A stretch of DNA of 42,125 nt from an uncultured Caldisericota bacterium (GTDB lineage: Bacteria > Caldisericota > Caldisericia > Caldisericales > Caldisericaceae): NCBI GenBank assembly GCA_913055585.1, contig CAJXKN010000001.1, forward strand, positions 1 to 42,125, in the 5' to 3' direction. The position numbers and the translations under genes were made by a program. Below are positions 20,895 to 29,541 of this stretch, piece by piece. The notes under the pieces were generated by a model that saw nothing but the letters and a program-made list of their open reading frames with translations, searched no databases and was not told the DNA's origin. Within the stretch, counting starts at the first letter, position 1. Every line of letters starts with the position of its first letter.

Positions 20895-22166
20895 ATGGAT
20901 GTTATAGAAGAAGCAAAGACATTGGAGAAAACTAATGTAAAGAAAGCAATAGACTTACTTGAAAATTATATTAATCTGCATAAAAGAGAGCGAATTGGAG
21001 CACACAGACTTCTCTCAAAGTTATATTTTAAAACAGGCAATAGAGAAAAAGCTATATCCGTCTTAAAAGATGGTATACAAGCAAATCCAGAGAATAGATG
21101 GCTTTATCTAATGCTTGGCGACTTATATTACTTTGACTTAAACGAAGTTGATAATGCAATTAACACATATAAGGAAGGACTTTCTCTATTTGACAAGCCA
21201 GTAAAAACCACTATGTCCCCGTACAGATATTTTTTAAAGCGCCTCTCAAATATTGCATATGATAAAGGTGATATGGAAGCTTCCTATAAATATTTTGATC
21301 TTTTTATACAGCTTGAGCCATCCGATTTTTATGAAAGTGATTTTATAAAATTTGCAAAGGTATTGCTAAAAATTGGGAAAAGGGAAAGGGCGAAAGAAGT
21401 GTTAAAAATTGGTATAAACGTACATCCTGGCGCAAAGAAAATATTTGAATTTGCTAAAGAAGAATTCCCTGAAGAAAAATTCATCTTTAGAAATAAGCCT
21501 ACAAAAGGACATATAGAAAATGTAGAAAAAATTCCAATAAGAACTCCATTGATAAGAGAGGGAGATAATCTTTATGAAATTGTTGATAAGTTTACAAAAG
21601 GAATAAGGAAAAAGAATGATATCATTACTGTCTCTTCCTGTGTTGCTGCAATGTGTGAAGGAAGAATAACAACGGTGGATACAATTTTTCCTTCATTTCT
21701 TGCAAGGCTTGTTTCCCGTTTCGTATCGCATAAGGACGTACCTTTTGGAGGAGCAGCTCCGCTTGCAAATCCTGCAGCTATGGAGATAGCAATAAAGGAA
21801 ACTGGCAAGTTCCGTATTCTTCTTGCGGCGGTAGCTGGTGCCATAGGGAGGCTTTTACATAAAAAAGGATGGTTTTATATCGTTGCTGGTGAGCAAGCAG
21901 CCTTGATAGATGATCCACCTGCTGCAATCCCGCCATTTGATTACGCCGTCATACCAGGCCCAAAAGATTCGTTTGCAGTAAGTAAAAAAATAGAGGAACA
22001 AACGGGTTGCAGAGGGGCTGTAATTGATGCAAATGACCTTGGTAATGCCTGGGTTGTCGGTCACAGCAATGGTGTCCCTAAAGAGAAGCTTGAAATTGCA
22101 CTTTCCGATAATCCTGCAGGTAACGAGGACCAACAAACTCCCATTATTATCGTAAGAGGTCTGTAG
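20895..22166 (+). CDS. TPR-repeat domain fused to a CofE-like (F420-0:gamma-glutamyl ligase family) domain
   Basis: N-terminal ~200 aa has TPR-like helices (AISVLKDGIQANPENRWLYLMLGDLYY...AINTYKEGL). C-terminal part has IPIRTPLIREGDNL...NDIITVSSCVAAMCEGRI...GAVIDANDLG, resembling the CofE/F420-ligase fold. The ORF-track start 20811 is rejected because it lies upstream of the promoter. Confidence 0.6.
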   Translation: MDVIEEAKTLEKTNVKKAIDLLENYINLHKRERIGAHRLLSKLYFKTGNREKAISVLKDGIQANPENRWLYLMLGDLYYFDLNEVDNAINTYKEGLSLFDKPVKTTMSPYRYFLKRLSNIAYDKGDMEASYKYFDLFIQLEPSDFYESDFIKFAKVLLKIGKRERAKEVLKIGINVHPGAKKIFEFAKEEFPEEKFIFRNKPTKGHIENVEKIPIRTPLIREGDNLYEIVDKFTKGIRKKNDIITVSSCVAAMCEGRITTVDTIFPSFLARLVSRFVSHKDVPFGGAAPLANPAAMEIAIKETGKFRILLAAVAGAIGRLLHKKGWFYIVAGEQAALIDDPPAAIPPFDYAVIPGPKDSFAVSKKIEEQTGCRGAVIDANDLGNAWVVGHSNGVPKEKLEIALSDNPAGNEDQQTPIIIVRGL

Positions 22167-22982
22167 TTATACTTTGAAATCGTGAGGATAGAGGAAATCC
22201 AGTCCGACAGTTCTTGGAGAAAATTTGGCAACAGGTGGCAATGTCCTCTTAAATTGCGTTTTCTTGATTCTATTTAATACATTCTCTACAAGTTCCTTTT
22301 TATAGCCTAATGATAAAATTTCTTCTTTCGTTCTGCGCTGATCTATGTAGAGCTTTAATACGGAATCCAGTGCTTTATAGCTTGCTCCTAATTCACTCTC
22401 ATCCGTCTGCCCTGGCCAGAGGTCTGCAGAAGGCTTCTTCTTAATAATCCTTTCTGGAACATTGAGAAACCTTGCAAATTCAAATACCTCTGTTTTATAC
22501 AGATCACCGATGGGATAGAGGCTTGCAGCCATATCTCCATACCACGTACTATACCCTAATATTAACTCACTCTTGTTACTCGTTCCCATAACAAGCGCTT
22601 TGAATTCCTTTGCTTTATCAAACAGAATAGACATTCTTATTCGTGCAAGAAAATTACCTTTTCTCACGTTTGCTACATTTCCCTTAAAATATGCATCCAC
22701 TATCTCTGTAATATCTATTAATTCGTTTGGAATACCTAATTTCTTTACAACAAGTAGAGCATCTTCCTTTGATGCAGGGTCACTATCTTTATATGGCATA
22801 ATGATAGCTTTTACATTTTCTTTACCCAACGCTTCTGCAGATAGATATGCAACAACAGCTGAGTCAACACCACCTGATAATCCCACTACACATTTTTTAA
22901 AACCATTGCTATATGTCTCCTCTCTGATAAATTCAATGATAAACTCTTTTACAAGCTCATAGTTTAACCTAAACTCTTTCAT
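22167..22982 (-). CDS. nadE: NAD+ synthetase (ATP-pyrophosphatase subunit)
   Basis: SGGVDS PP-loop (GLSGGVDSAVVAY), GTSNKSE, and the size of single-domain NadE. ATG 22982 has a GGAGG SD 6 nt upstream. The stop abuts the convergent gene's stop. Confidence 0.9.
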   Translation of the reverse strand: MKEFRLNYELVKEFIIEFIREETYSNGFKKCVVGLSGGVDSAVVAYLSAEALGKENVKAIIMPYKDSDPASKEDALLVVKKLGIPNELIDITEIVDAYFKGNVANVRKGNFLARIRMSILFDKAKEFKALVMGTSNKSELILGYSTWYGDMAASLYPIGDLYKTEVFEFARFLNVPERIIKKKPSADLWPGQTDESELGASYKALDSVLKLYIDQRRTKEEILSLGYKKELVENVLNRIKKTQFKRTLPPVAKFSPRTVGLDFLYPHDFKV

Positions 22983-23823
22983 TATTCGCCTCCAAAATTG
23001 CATCAAGGTTTTCCTTTATAATGTTTAAATCCTCTTCTCGTGAGAGCGGAAATAGTTGTCTTTTTCTATAAATTTCTTCAGTGTCAACTGTTGCAAAGGT
23101 AAGTTTTTCTTTTAGTATCCCTGCAAAACCTAATTTCTTTCCCATTGGAGTGCCAATAAATGAGCCTCCATAAAATCCCATTCCATCTTCAAAACCAGCT
23201 CTATTTACAAATACGATGAACTGAGAAAAGAAACTCGTGTATGTATCCACTGCTTTCTCTACGGTTTCCTCTATAGCAGGCTTTTTGCCTTCTACTCCCC
23301 TGAGAGGCATATTACTCATCCCTAATACAACCTCGGCATTCTGTGCATAGGCAAGAAACAAAAGTGAAGGGTGGAAAAGGTCTCTGCAAATTAGTATGGA
23401 AAAGTTTCCGTATCTTGTTTTGAATGTAGTAACTTTTTTACCTCTGCCCATAAACCTCAATTCTTCAAACATACCATGTGTTGGAGGATAAATTTTTCTG
23501 TACACTGATTTAATCTTGCCGTTCTCTATATACATTGCTGAGTTATACACATTGTTATCATTTCCTCTTTCTACAAAACCCATTGCAACATCAATCATTT
23601 TACTCTTTTTAAGTATGGGATTAAAAAAATCACTTTGAGGTGGCAGTGCAACCTCCATTGCAAGGTCTTTCAATCTATATCCAGTAAGGCTTAATTCTGG
23701 AAACACAATGACATTTGCATTTTCCTCCATTGCTTTTTCTATAAATTCAAGATGTTTTTTTCGATTCTTTTCTATATCTCCAAGTACTGGATTAATTTGG
23801 GCAAGTGCAAACTTAATTTTCAT
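22969..23823 (-). CDS. carbon-nitrogen hydrolase (nitrilase superfamily), probable glutaminase partner of NadE
   Basis: 284 aa with Glu-Lys-Cys triad contexts VIVFPELSLTGY, YRKIYPP and ILICRDL. Overlaps nadE by 14 nt. Confidence 0.8.
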   Translation of the reverse strand: MKIKFALAQINPVLGDIEKNRKKHLEFIEKAMEENANVIVFPELSLTGYRLKDLAMEVALPPQSDFFNPILKKSKMIDVAMGFVERGNDNNVYNSAMYIENGKIKSVYRKIYPPTHGMFEELRFMGRGKKVTTFKTRYGNFSILICRDLFHPSLLFLAYAQNAEVVLGMSNMPLRGVEGKKPAIEETVEKAVDTYTSFFSQFIVFVNRAGFEDGMGFYGGSFIGTPMGKKLGFAGILKEKLTFATVDTEEIYRKRQLFPLSREEDLNIIKENLDAILEANNERV

Positions 23824-24361
23824 TTCTTTTCTCCTTTCTTATTAACGTATAGAGTAAAGGCAAACCCAGGCCGTACGTTGCAATTGCTTCCCCTATGCCT
23901 ATCCAGGCAACCCCTGTGATGTATGGTAAAAATCTAAAATGTGTAAATATATATGGAAAAGTAGCAATTTTAGATATTGTAAGGCCTTTTGGTCCAAGTA
24001 ATCCTGCAAGAGTAGTTACATAAAAAGAAACACCAAATGCATTAACAATAATAGGAGGAAGAGGTGCAAGATGCGGTTTCTTCGTTTTAGCAAGTGCCCG
24101 TGTGAAAAGCGCTGCAATTAAAGTAAATGATGTCCCTAATATCATATCAATTGGTCCGAATGGCGATGCAATATTAGAAATAAAGCATCCAATTGTTACT
24201 CCCCATACAGCCTCGGGATAGATGAAAGGAAGAACGGTAAGAGCTTCGGCAACTCTCACTTGGATTTCCGCAAAAGAAAATGTATAGGTAAGATAGGTAA
24301 GCGCTATGTACAACCCGGCAATAACACCTATCCTTGTTAGTCTTTTGACGTTACTGTTCAC
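23813..24361 (-). CDS. queT: QueT-family queuosine-precursor transporter (ECF S-component-like)
   Basis: 182 aa with about 5 TM helices. LTRIGVIAGLYIALTYL...FAEIQVRVAEALTVLPF matches the QueT N-terminal pattern. Confidence 0.65.
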   Translation of the reverse strand: MNSNVKRLTRIGVIAGLYIALTYLTYTFSFAEIQVRVAEALTVLPFIYPEAVWGVTIGCFISNIASPFGPIDMILGTSFTLIAALFTRALAKTKKPHLAPLPPIIVNAFGVSFYVTTLAGLLGPKGLTISKIATFPYIFTHFRFLPYITGVAWIGIGEAIATYGLGLPLLYTLIRKEKRNEN

Positions 24362-24831
24362 TTTCTGCGGAATAAACCTCTCCTCTTTGGTTTCTCTTCT
24401 GTAGTATCCTTTTCTGGAGAGGGTTCTTTTGTTTTTTCTTCAATCGGAGTTTCTTCAGCTTCTTTTTGTGTAGTTTGTTTTCTGACTCCCTCTAAACCTT
24501 TTAATTTCTCTTCAAGTTTTTTTATTTTCTCTTCGCATTCTTTCTTTGCTTTATCTTTCTCTTCTTCCAACTTTTTAATAAGGGCATCTCTCTCTTTAAC
24601 TTCTTTCCTATGCCTTGATGCATTACCTATATAAATCATAAGAGAAATAAGCCACATTACAATAAATCCTGCAAAGAACATTATCAAAGTGAGCAAACCT
24701 ACGGACACAGATGGAAAAGACCAGCCAAAGAATTTTAGTGCTACCACCACTGAATTGTTTTGCAAAACAAAAACAAGACTTGCAATAAGAATAATCAATA
24801 AAACAATAATAAAGGCACTCAGTTTTTTCAT
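24358..24831 (-). CDS. LapA-domain (DUF1049) membrane protein with K/E-rich tail
   Basis: Two TM helices flank NNSVVVALKFFGWSF, followed by a charged coiled tail KKLEEEKDKAKKECEEKIKKLEEKLK. Confidence 0.6.
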   Translation of the reverse strand: MKKLSAFIIVLLIILIASLVFVLQNNSVVVALKFFGWSFPSVSVGLLTLIMFFAGFIVMWLISLMIYIGNASRHRKEVKERDALIKKLEEEKDKAKKECEEKIKKLEEKLKGLEGVRKQTTQKEAEETPIEEKTKEPSPEKDTTEEKPKRRGLFRRK

Positions 24832-24867
24832 CTATTCCCTCCTAACCATTATTTTATATTTCTATAT

Positions 24868-24896
24868 ATTTTATCACTTCCCTTATCTTTTTGCAA
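24868..24896 (-). promoter_or_regulatory. sigma70-like promoter (TTGCAA-17-TAAAAT) for the LapA-queT-CN hydrolase-nadE operon
   Basis: Minus strand reads ttgcaa aaagataagggaagtga taaaat. The SD AGGAGGG precedes ATG 24831. Confidence 0.5.
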
Positions 24897-24940
24897 TGAC
24901 TCTCGCGCATTTTAGAAGATAAAAAGCAAGGAAGTTTCTC

Positions 24941-24969
24941 TTGACAAACTAATTGAGTTCGTGTATAGT
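24941..24969 (+). promoter_or_regulatory. sigma70-like promoter (TTGACA-17-TATAGT) for the MFS gene
   Basis: Reads ttgaca aactaattgagttcgtg tatagt. The SD GGAGG lies 7 nt before GTG 25009. Confidence 0.55.
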
Positions 24970-25008
24970 TAATAATTAAGACTACATTTCTATATTTGGA
25001 GGAATATT

Positions 25009-26154
25009 GTGCGTAAAAAAATTAACAGAAACGTTGTAATTCTGGGATTTGTAAGTTTTTTAAATGATACATCGTCAGAGGCAATTGTAAGGGTGCTACC
25101 CTTGTTCCTTGAATCCATAGGTGCAGGTGGCATTTATATCGGGATAATAGAAGGGATTGCAGAAAGCACGGCATCACTACTTAAAATATTCTTTGGTTAC
25201 TATTCTGACAAATTTAAGAACAGAAAATTATTTGCATTTCTTGGATATGGTGAATCTACTGCAATAAAATGCTTTCTTCCCTTCGTGCATACACCTCTAT
25301 CTGTCTTATGGGTAAGAGCACTTGAACGAGTCGGCAAAGGAATAAGAACTGCTCCAAGAGATGCTTTAATTTCCTCATATACAACGAAGGAAAACAGAGG
25401 ATTGTACTTTGGTTTTCATAGAGCACTGGATACTTCTGGAGCCGTAGTAGGCCCTTTATTTGCTATGTGGGTTCTACATAAGTTTGGTACAACTCAGTAT
25501 ACAACTTTATTCAAATTTGCTATTATACCCGCAATATTTGCTACGATTTTAGTGCTCTTTGTAAAGGAAAAGAAGTTGAAAGAGACAATTAAAAAGGCAG
25601 AGCAAAAATCCAGATTCAGTTTGGGTAAAAAATTTTATTATTACATTTTTGTCGTTACTCTATTTACCATCGGCAATAGTTCGGATGCTTTTCTTACAAT
25701 ATATGCTGGAACGTTCGGATTGCTTTCCATTACTATTCTTTTCTTGTGGGCTATCCATAACATTACATATGCAGCGCTTTCCACTCCGCTGGGAGCACTC
25801 TCAGATAGAATAGGAAGAAAGCCTACTATTATTATTGGTTACGCACTCTATGGTTTATCTTACTTAGGTTTTGCTCTTACTAAAAATGCAAGTCTCCTTT
25901 ACTTCTTATTTTCGTTGTATGGAATATACTACGCATTTACTGAAGGTGCACAGAAAGCTTTTGTTTCTGATCTTGTTAGCCGTGAATCGGCAAGAGGTAC
26001 AGCATACGGTATCTATAATTTTGGTGTGGGTATTATGGCGTTTCCAGCTTCACTTATTGCTGGTATTCTTTACCAGTCCGTTTCTCCGCATATGCCTTTT
26101 TACTTTGGCGGCATTATAGCAGCTATTTCAGCTTTCTTAATGCTATTTGTGTAA
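25009..26154 (+). CDS. MFS transporter
   Basis: 381 aa with about 11-12 TM helices. Contains the MFS loop motifs GYYSDKFKNRK and GALSDRIGRKP (the conserved loop 2-3 motif and its repeat in the second half). Confidence 0.8.
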   Translation: MRKKINRNVVILGFVSFLNDTSSEAIVRVLPLFLESIGAGGIYIGIIEGIAESTASLLKIFFGYYSDKFKNRKLFAFLGYGESTAIKCFLPFVHTPLSVLWVRALERVGKGIRTAPRDALISSYTTKENRGLYFGFHRALDTSGAVVGPLFAMWVLHKFGTTQYTTLFKFAIIPAIFATILVLFVKEKKLKETIKKAEQKSRFSLGKKFYYYIFVVTLFTIGNSSDAFLTIYAGTFGLLSITILFLWAIHNITYAALSTPLGALSDRIGRKPTIIIGYALYGLSYLGFALTKNASLLYFLFSLYGIYYAFTEGAQKAFVSDLVSRESARGTAYGIYNFGVGIMAFPASLIAGILYQSVSPHMPFYFGGIIAAISAFLMLFV

Positions 26155-26181
26155 GAATGCCTATTCTGTAAGATTTATTTA

Positions 26182-26206
26182 CACGGTAGCTTCAAATTGT
26201 ACCGTG
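26182..26206. terminator. 7-bp inverted repeat CACGGTA-N11-TACCGTG between convergent MFS and tRNA genes
   Basis: Perfect 7-bp stem. There is no clean U-tract on either side, so terminator function is uncertain. Confidence 0.3.
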
Positions 26207-26226
26207 AGAAAAAGGATGCTTTTAAC

Positions 26227-26302
26227 TGGTGGCGGCGGGGGGATTCGAACCCTCGACATTCCGGGTATGAGCCGGATGCTCTAACCACTGGGCTACGCCG
26301 CC
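26227..26302 (-). tRNA. tRNA with CAU anticodon (Met; an Ile2/lysidine identity cannot be excluded), encoded CCA
   Basis: Reverse complement is GGCGGCG-TA-GCCC-AGTGGTTA-GAGC-A-TCCGG-CTCATAC-CCGGA-ATGTC-GAGGG-TTCGAAT-CCCCC-CGCCGCC-A-CCA. The 7-bp acceptor and 5-bp anticodon stems are perfect. The D stem and T stem each carry one A/C mismatch. Confidence 0.85.
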
Positions 26303-26315
26303 TTTCTTTTAGTTT

Positions 26316-26666
26316 TTAACGTCTTTTTCTTTTTAATCTACGTTTGTTTGCAGAGAGGGATTCCTGAGACTCACGCAAAAACTTCTTTAGCTTCTGCTCA
26401 AAAGAATCTTCACGTTTTTTCTTTACTTCCTGTCCATCAACTTTCCTTACAAAAGAAAGATTCAGTTTACCGTTTTTCTTACCCTTTCCAATAACCTTTA
26501 CCACAACCCTCTCTCCTTCTTTTATGAAAGCATGAGCATCTTCTACATACTCATTACTGAATTGGGAGACATGTATCAAGCCTACTCCACCTTCATCCAA
26601 TTTTATAAATGCGCCATAAGGCATTATTTTTATTACTCTTCCTTGAATCTCTTCTTTACTACTCAT
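26316..26666 (-). CDS. S1 RNA-binding domain protein (YabR-like)
   Basis: 116 aa. S1 OB fold GRVIKIMPYGAFIKLDEGGVGLIHVSQFS..YVED....IKEGERVVVKVI, plus a basic tail. Confidence 0.8.
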   Translation of the reverse strand: MSSKEEIQGRVIKIMPYGAFIKLDEGGVGLIHVSQFSNEYVEDAHAFIKEGERVVVKVIGKGKKNGKLNLSFVRKVDGQEVKKKREDSFEQKLKKFLRESQESLSANKRRLKRKRR

Positions 26667-26682
26667 ACGATATATAATATAT

Positions 26683-27054
26683 TTATTTTTTAAAAAGTTT
26701 CAAGAGGTTATCCCATATATTTTCAAAAAAGTTCTTCTTAATTTTATTCTTTTCTTTTTCCTTTGTTTCTTCCCATTTGAAATACACTATAGTTTCACCT
26801 TTTTTTGCAAGTGCAAGCTTCTCCCTTGCTTCTTTTTCTACAAATGCCTCTGTAGAAGAATTTGCAAGTTCATTCTTTAAGGCTGCGTTTTCATTTTTAA
26901 GTGTTGTTATCTTATTCTGAAGTTCAGCTACACTTCTTTTGTCATTTATATAATACTTCGCTGTAATTGCAACTTCTATGGAAAGATAAACCAAAAGAGC
27001 AATTAAAAAAATAAGCAATGCATTAATATGTTTTTTCATAAGATAAATATACAT
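26683..27054 (-). CDS. septum formation initiator (FtsB/DivIC family)
   Basis: 123 aa. Single N-terminal TM helix, leucine-zipper-like coil LQNKITTLKNENAALKNEL, then the EKEAREKLALAKKGE motif typical of DivIC/FtsB. Confidence 0.7.
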   Translation of the reverse strand: MYIYLMKKHINALLIFLIALLVYLSIEVAITAKYYINDKRSVAELQNKITTLKNENAALKNELANSSTEAFVEKEAREKLALAKKGETIVYFKWEETKEKEKNKIKKNFFENIWDNLLKLFKK

Positions 27055-27064
27055 AAATGTAAGC

Positions 27065-28339
27065 TTATGTCAAATGAAGCATTACTACATACAGGAATAA
27101 AGAACCCGCTGTAACAGCTGCGAGAGTGAAAGGCAGACCAATGGAAGCAAATTGTTTAAAACTCACTACGTATCCTTTTTTCCGCAGAAGACCCGTTGCT
27201 GCAATATTTGTGGAAGCTCCAATAGGTGTAATATTTCCACCAAGCGTTGCTCCTATCAAAAGGCCAAAGAGAAAAAGCTCAGGCTGTACATTCATTATCA
27301 CTGCCATATTGCCTACAATAGGAAGCATCGTGGCAACATAAGGTACGTTATCAATAAATGCTGAGAAAAACACAGAACCCCACACAATAATTATGTACCC
27401 AAGGAATACATTACCTTTAGACAGATTTGTTATGAAATGTGCAATATCCTTTACTATACCTACATTGACTATTCCCTGTATTATGATAAACAGCCCTGTA
27501 AGCAGAAGTATCGTATCCCAATCAGTTTCTTTAAGGATTCTCTTCATCATAAAGTATTTCTTTAAGATAAGTTCTCTTATTACACCGATAGCAAGGAATA
27601 TTATACAAATCAAACCGTTAATGTTTTTGAAAGGAAGAAATGAAGCAGCTACAAGAGCGCCTACCATTGCAAGGACAAGATAACCGGGAAACCAATCCGT
27701 TACAATGGTTTTCTCTTCAAGGTGTATCGGCTGTTTTTCTTTTCTAAAGATATAGAGCAATACTAATGATGCGGCAAGTGCACCGACCTCTGTGGGGAAT
27801 GCGATACTTAGATGGTGATGATACCAAAAGAAATCAAGGAAGTTCATATGTGCATATCCTGCAAGGAGCATTGATGTTGGATCGCCAACAAGCGTTGCAG
27901 CGCCCTGAAGATTGGAAGATACGGCAATAGAGATAATGACAGGTACTGGCGATATGCCAATTCTTTTACAGATAGAAAATGCAACCGGTGCTACGAGAAG
28001 CAGTGTAGAAACATTTTCCGTAAATGCAGAAATTACTCCTGCAAACAAAGCAAGAGCAAAGATTGCCATCTGTACGGTCGGCATCCTATCAATGATAATA
28101 TCACCCAGAAGAGAGGGAATACGTGATTCAATAAGAAGCACTACAACCCCCATTGTGCCTACAAGAATACCTAATACATTCCAGTTAATTGCAAAAAATG
28201 CAGATTTTAAAGGTACAATATTTAGAGAGATAAAAATAGCTGCACCAGCTAATGCAATATAGTGCCTTTTCTTTGGAAAGAAGATAAGCAATAGGTATAT
28301 GGCAATAAAAATAATTCCTATGAAAACTTTTTCTCTCAC
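27065..28339 (-). CDS. ArsB/NhaD-superfamily (CitMHS-like) anion/cation permease
   Basis: 424 aa, polytopic. Two pseudo-symmetric halves carry the SNLQGAATLVGDPTS and GGNITPIGASTN hairpin motifs characteristic of this superfamily. ATGA-type 4-nt overlap with the upstream gene. Confidence 0.7.
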   Translation of the reverse strand: MREKVFIGIIFIAIYLLLIFFPKKRHYIALAGAAIFISLNIVPLKSAFFAINWNVLGILVGTMGVVVLLIESRIPSLLGDIIIDRMPTVQMAIFALALFAGVISAFTENVSTLLLVAPVAFSICKRIGISPVPVIISIAVSSNLQGAATLVGDPTSMLLAGYAHMNFLDFFWYHHHLSIAFPTEVGALAASLVLLYIFRKEKQPIHLEEKTIVTDWFPGYLVLAMVGALVAASFLPFKNINGLICIIFLAIGVIRELILKKYFMMKRILKETDWDTILLLTGLFIIIQGIVNVGIVKDIAHFITNLSKGNVFLGYIIIVWGSVFFSAFIDNVPYVATMLPIVGNMAVIMNVQPELFLFGLLIGATLGGNITPIGASTNIAATGLLRKKGYVVSFKQFASIGLPFTLAAVTAGSLFLYVVMLHLT

Positions 28340-29541
28340 ATGTTAACCTTACTCTGCTCTATCTGTCTTGGGAAAAGTATTTTTAAGAGAAGCGGCACAA
28401 GAGTTGCAGAAGTAACGATATAGAGAATTGTTACTGAAACCATCTGTGAGCCAATTACATTTGAGAAAATGTGCTGTGAGTATGCATACGTTACTATAAC
28501 CGATGCGACTTCCATTTCAGGCATCATACCTACTCCCACCCTTATTGCATCCTTCCAGTCAACGCCACTGAGTTTTGCACCGGTTCCGCATCCTATAAAT
28601 TTACCAATAAATGCAAGCGGGATAAATAAAAAGTACTTTATATCGACACTTTTAAACATCCTGAAGTCGAACAAACTACCAACCTTTACAAAAAATATAG
28701 GGACAAATACAGCGTACGTAATATTTTTTATAGGATTTGAAATAATTTTTTTCTCTCTTGTTCTGCTGAGTAAAAGCCCTGCAAAGTATGCACCCGTAAT
28801 AGGCGCAAGCCCTACCTCCCTCGCAAGTACGGCAATAAGCAAACCAAAAGCAATGGCAATTGAGACAATCGCATATGGCGAATGCATCTTTTCATGAGAA
28901 AAGCGCATCATTGACTCTACAGGGCCCCATGCAAGTATAAAAAGAATAAATATGAATATGGAAAAGCCTATAATGAGTGTTCCAAAGGATTCAGTGCCTA
29001 AAACGAAAGTCATCACCATAATGCCAATAACATCATCAATAACTGCAGCAGTAATAACAGTAAGTCCTGCAGTAGAACGAAGTTGTTTTAAGTCCATTAA
29101 CGCCCTTACTGTTACCCCTACACTTGTTGCTGTAAAAATTGAGCCTGCAACGAGCGACTGCCTTGCAGAAAAATGGAGCATTTTAAATGAAAATAGAGCA
29201 CCTAATACAAATGGCAATGTAACACCTAAGCTTGCCGTATATAACCCTCTTTTACCACTCTTCTTCAAATCACCAATATTTGTTTCCATTCCTGCAACAA
29301 AAAGTAAAAGGATAATGCCCATATCTGCAAAGAAATCAAATGCTTCACCAAAGAGATGCACTTTATATGTAAAAAGATGCCCAAAATAATAGAGATGAAT
29401 TGTAGGAAGATATGTCATTATGAGCGAAAAGAGGATACCGGCAAAAAGCTCGCCCAACACAGCCATTTGCTTTAAACGGACAAAACCTTCACCTAAGAGT
29501 TTTGATACGAATAGTGCTAATGAAAGGTCCAGTATGTCCAT
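28336..29541 (-). CDS. cation:proton antiporter (CPA2 / Kef-NapA type), no RCK domain
   Basis: 401 aa with about 12-13 TM helices. LGELFAGILFS near the N-terminus, AAVIDDVIGI and other CPA2 hallmarks. Confidence 0.8.
   Translation of the reverse strand: MDILDLSLALFVSKLLGEGFVRLKQMAVLGELFAGILFSLIMTYLPTIHLYYFGHLFTYKVHLFGEAFDFFADMGIILLLFVAGMETNIGDLKKSGKRGLYTASLGVTLPFVLGALFSFKMLHFSARQSLVAGSIFTATSVGVTVRALMDLKQLRSTAGLTVITAAVIDDVIGIMVMTFVLGTESFGTLIIGFSIFIFILFILAWGPVESMMRFSHEKMHSPYAIVSIAIAFGLLIAVLAREVGLAPITGAYFAGLLLSRTREKKIISNPIKNITYAVFVPIFFVKVGSLFDFRMFKSVDIKYFLFIPLAFIGKFIGCGTGAKLSGVDWKDAIRVGVGMMPEMEVASVIVTYAYSQHIFSNVIGSQMVSVTILYIVTSATLVPLLLKILFPRQIEQSKVNM

Noticed and set aside
24832-24900. preQ1 riboswitch expected upstream of queT
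   Set aside because: The queT start overlaps the preceding LapA-domain gene. The only leader (24832-24867) is ~35 nt of A/T-rich sequence plus an SD, and no preQ1-like stem-loop/A-rich tail was recognisable.
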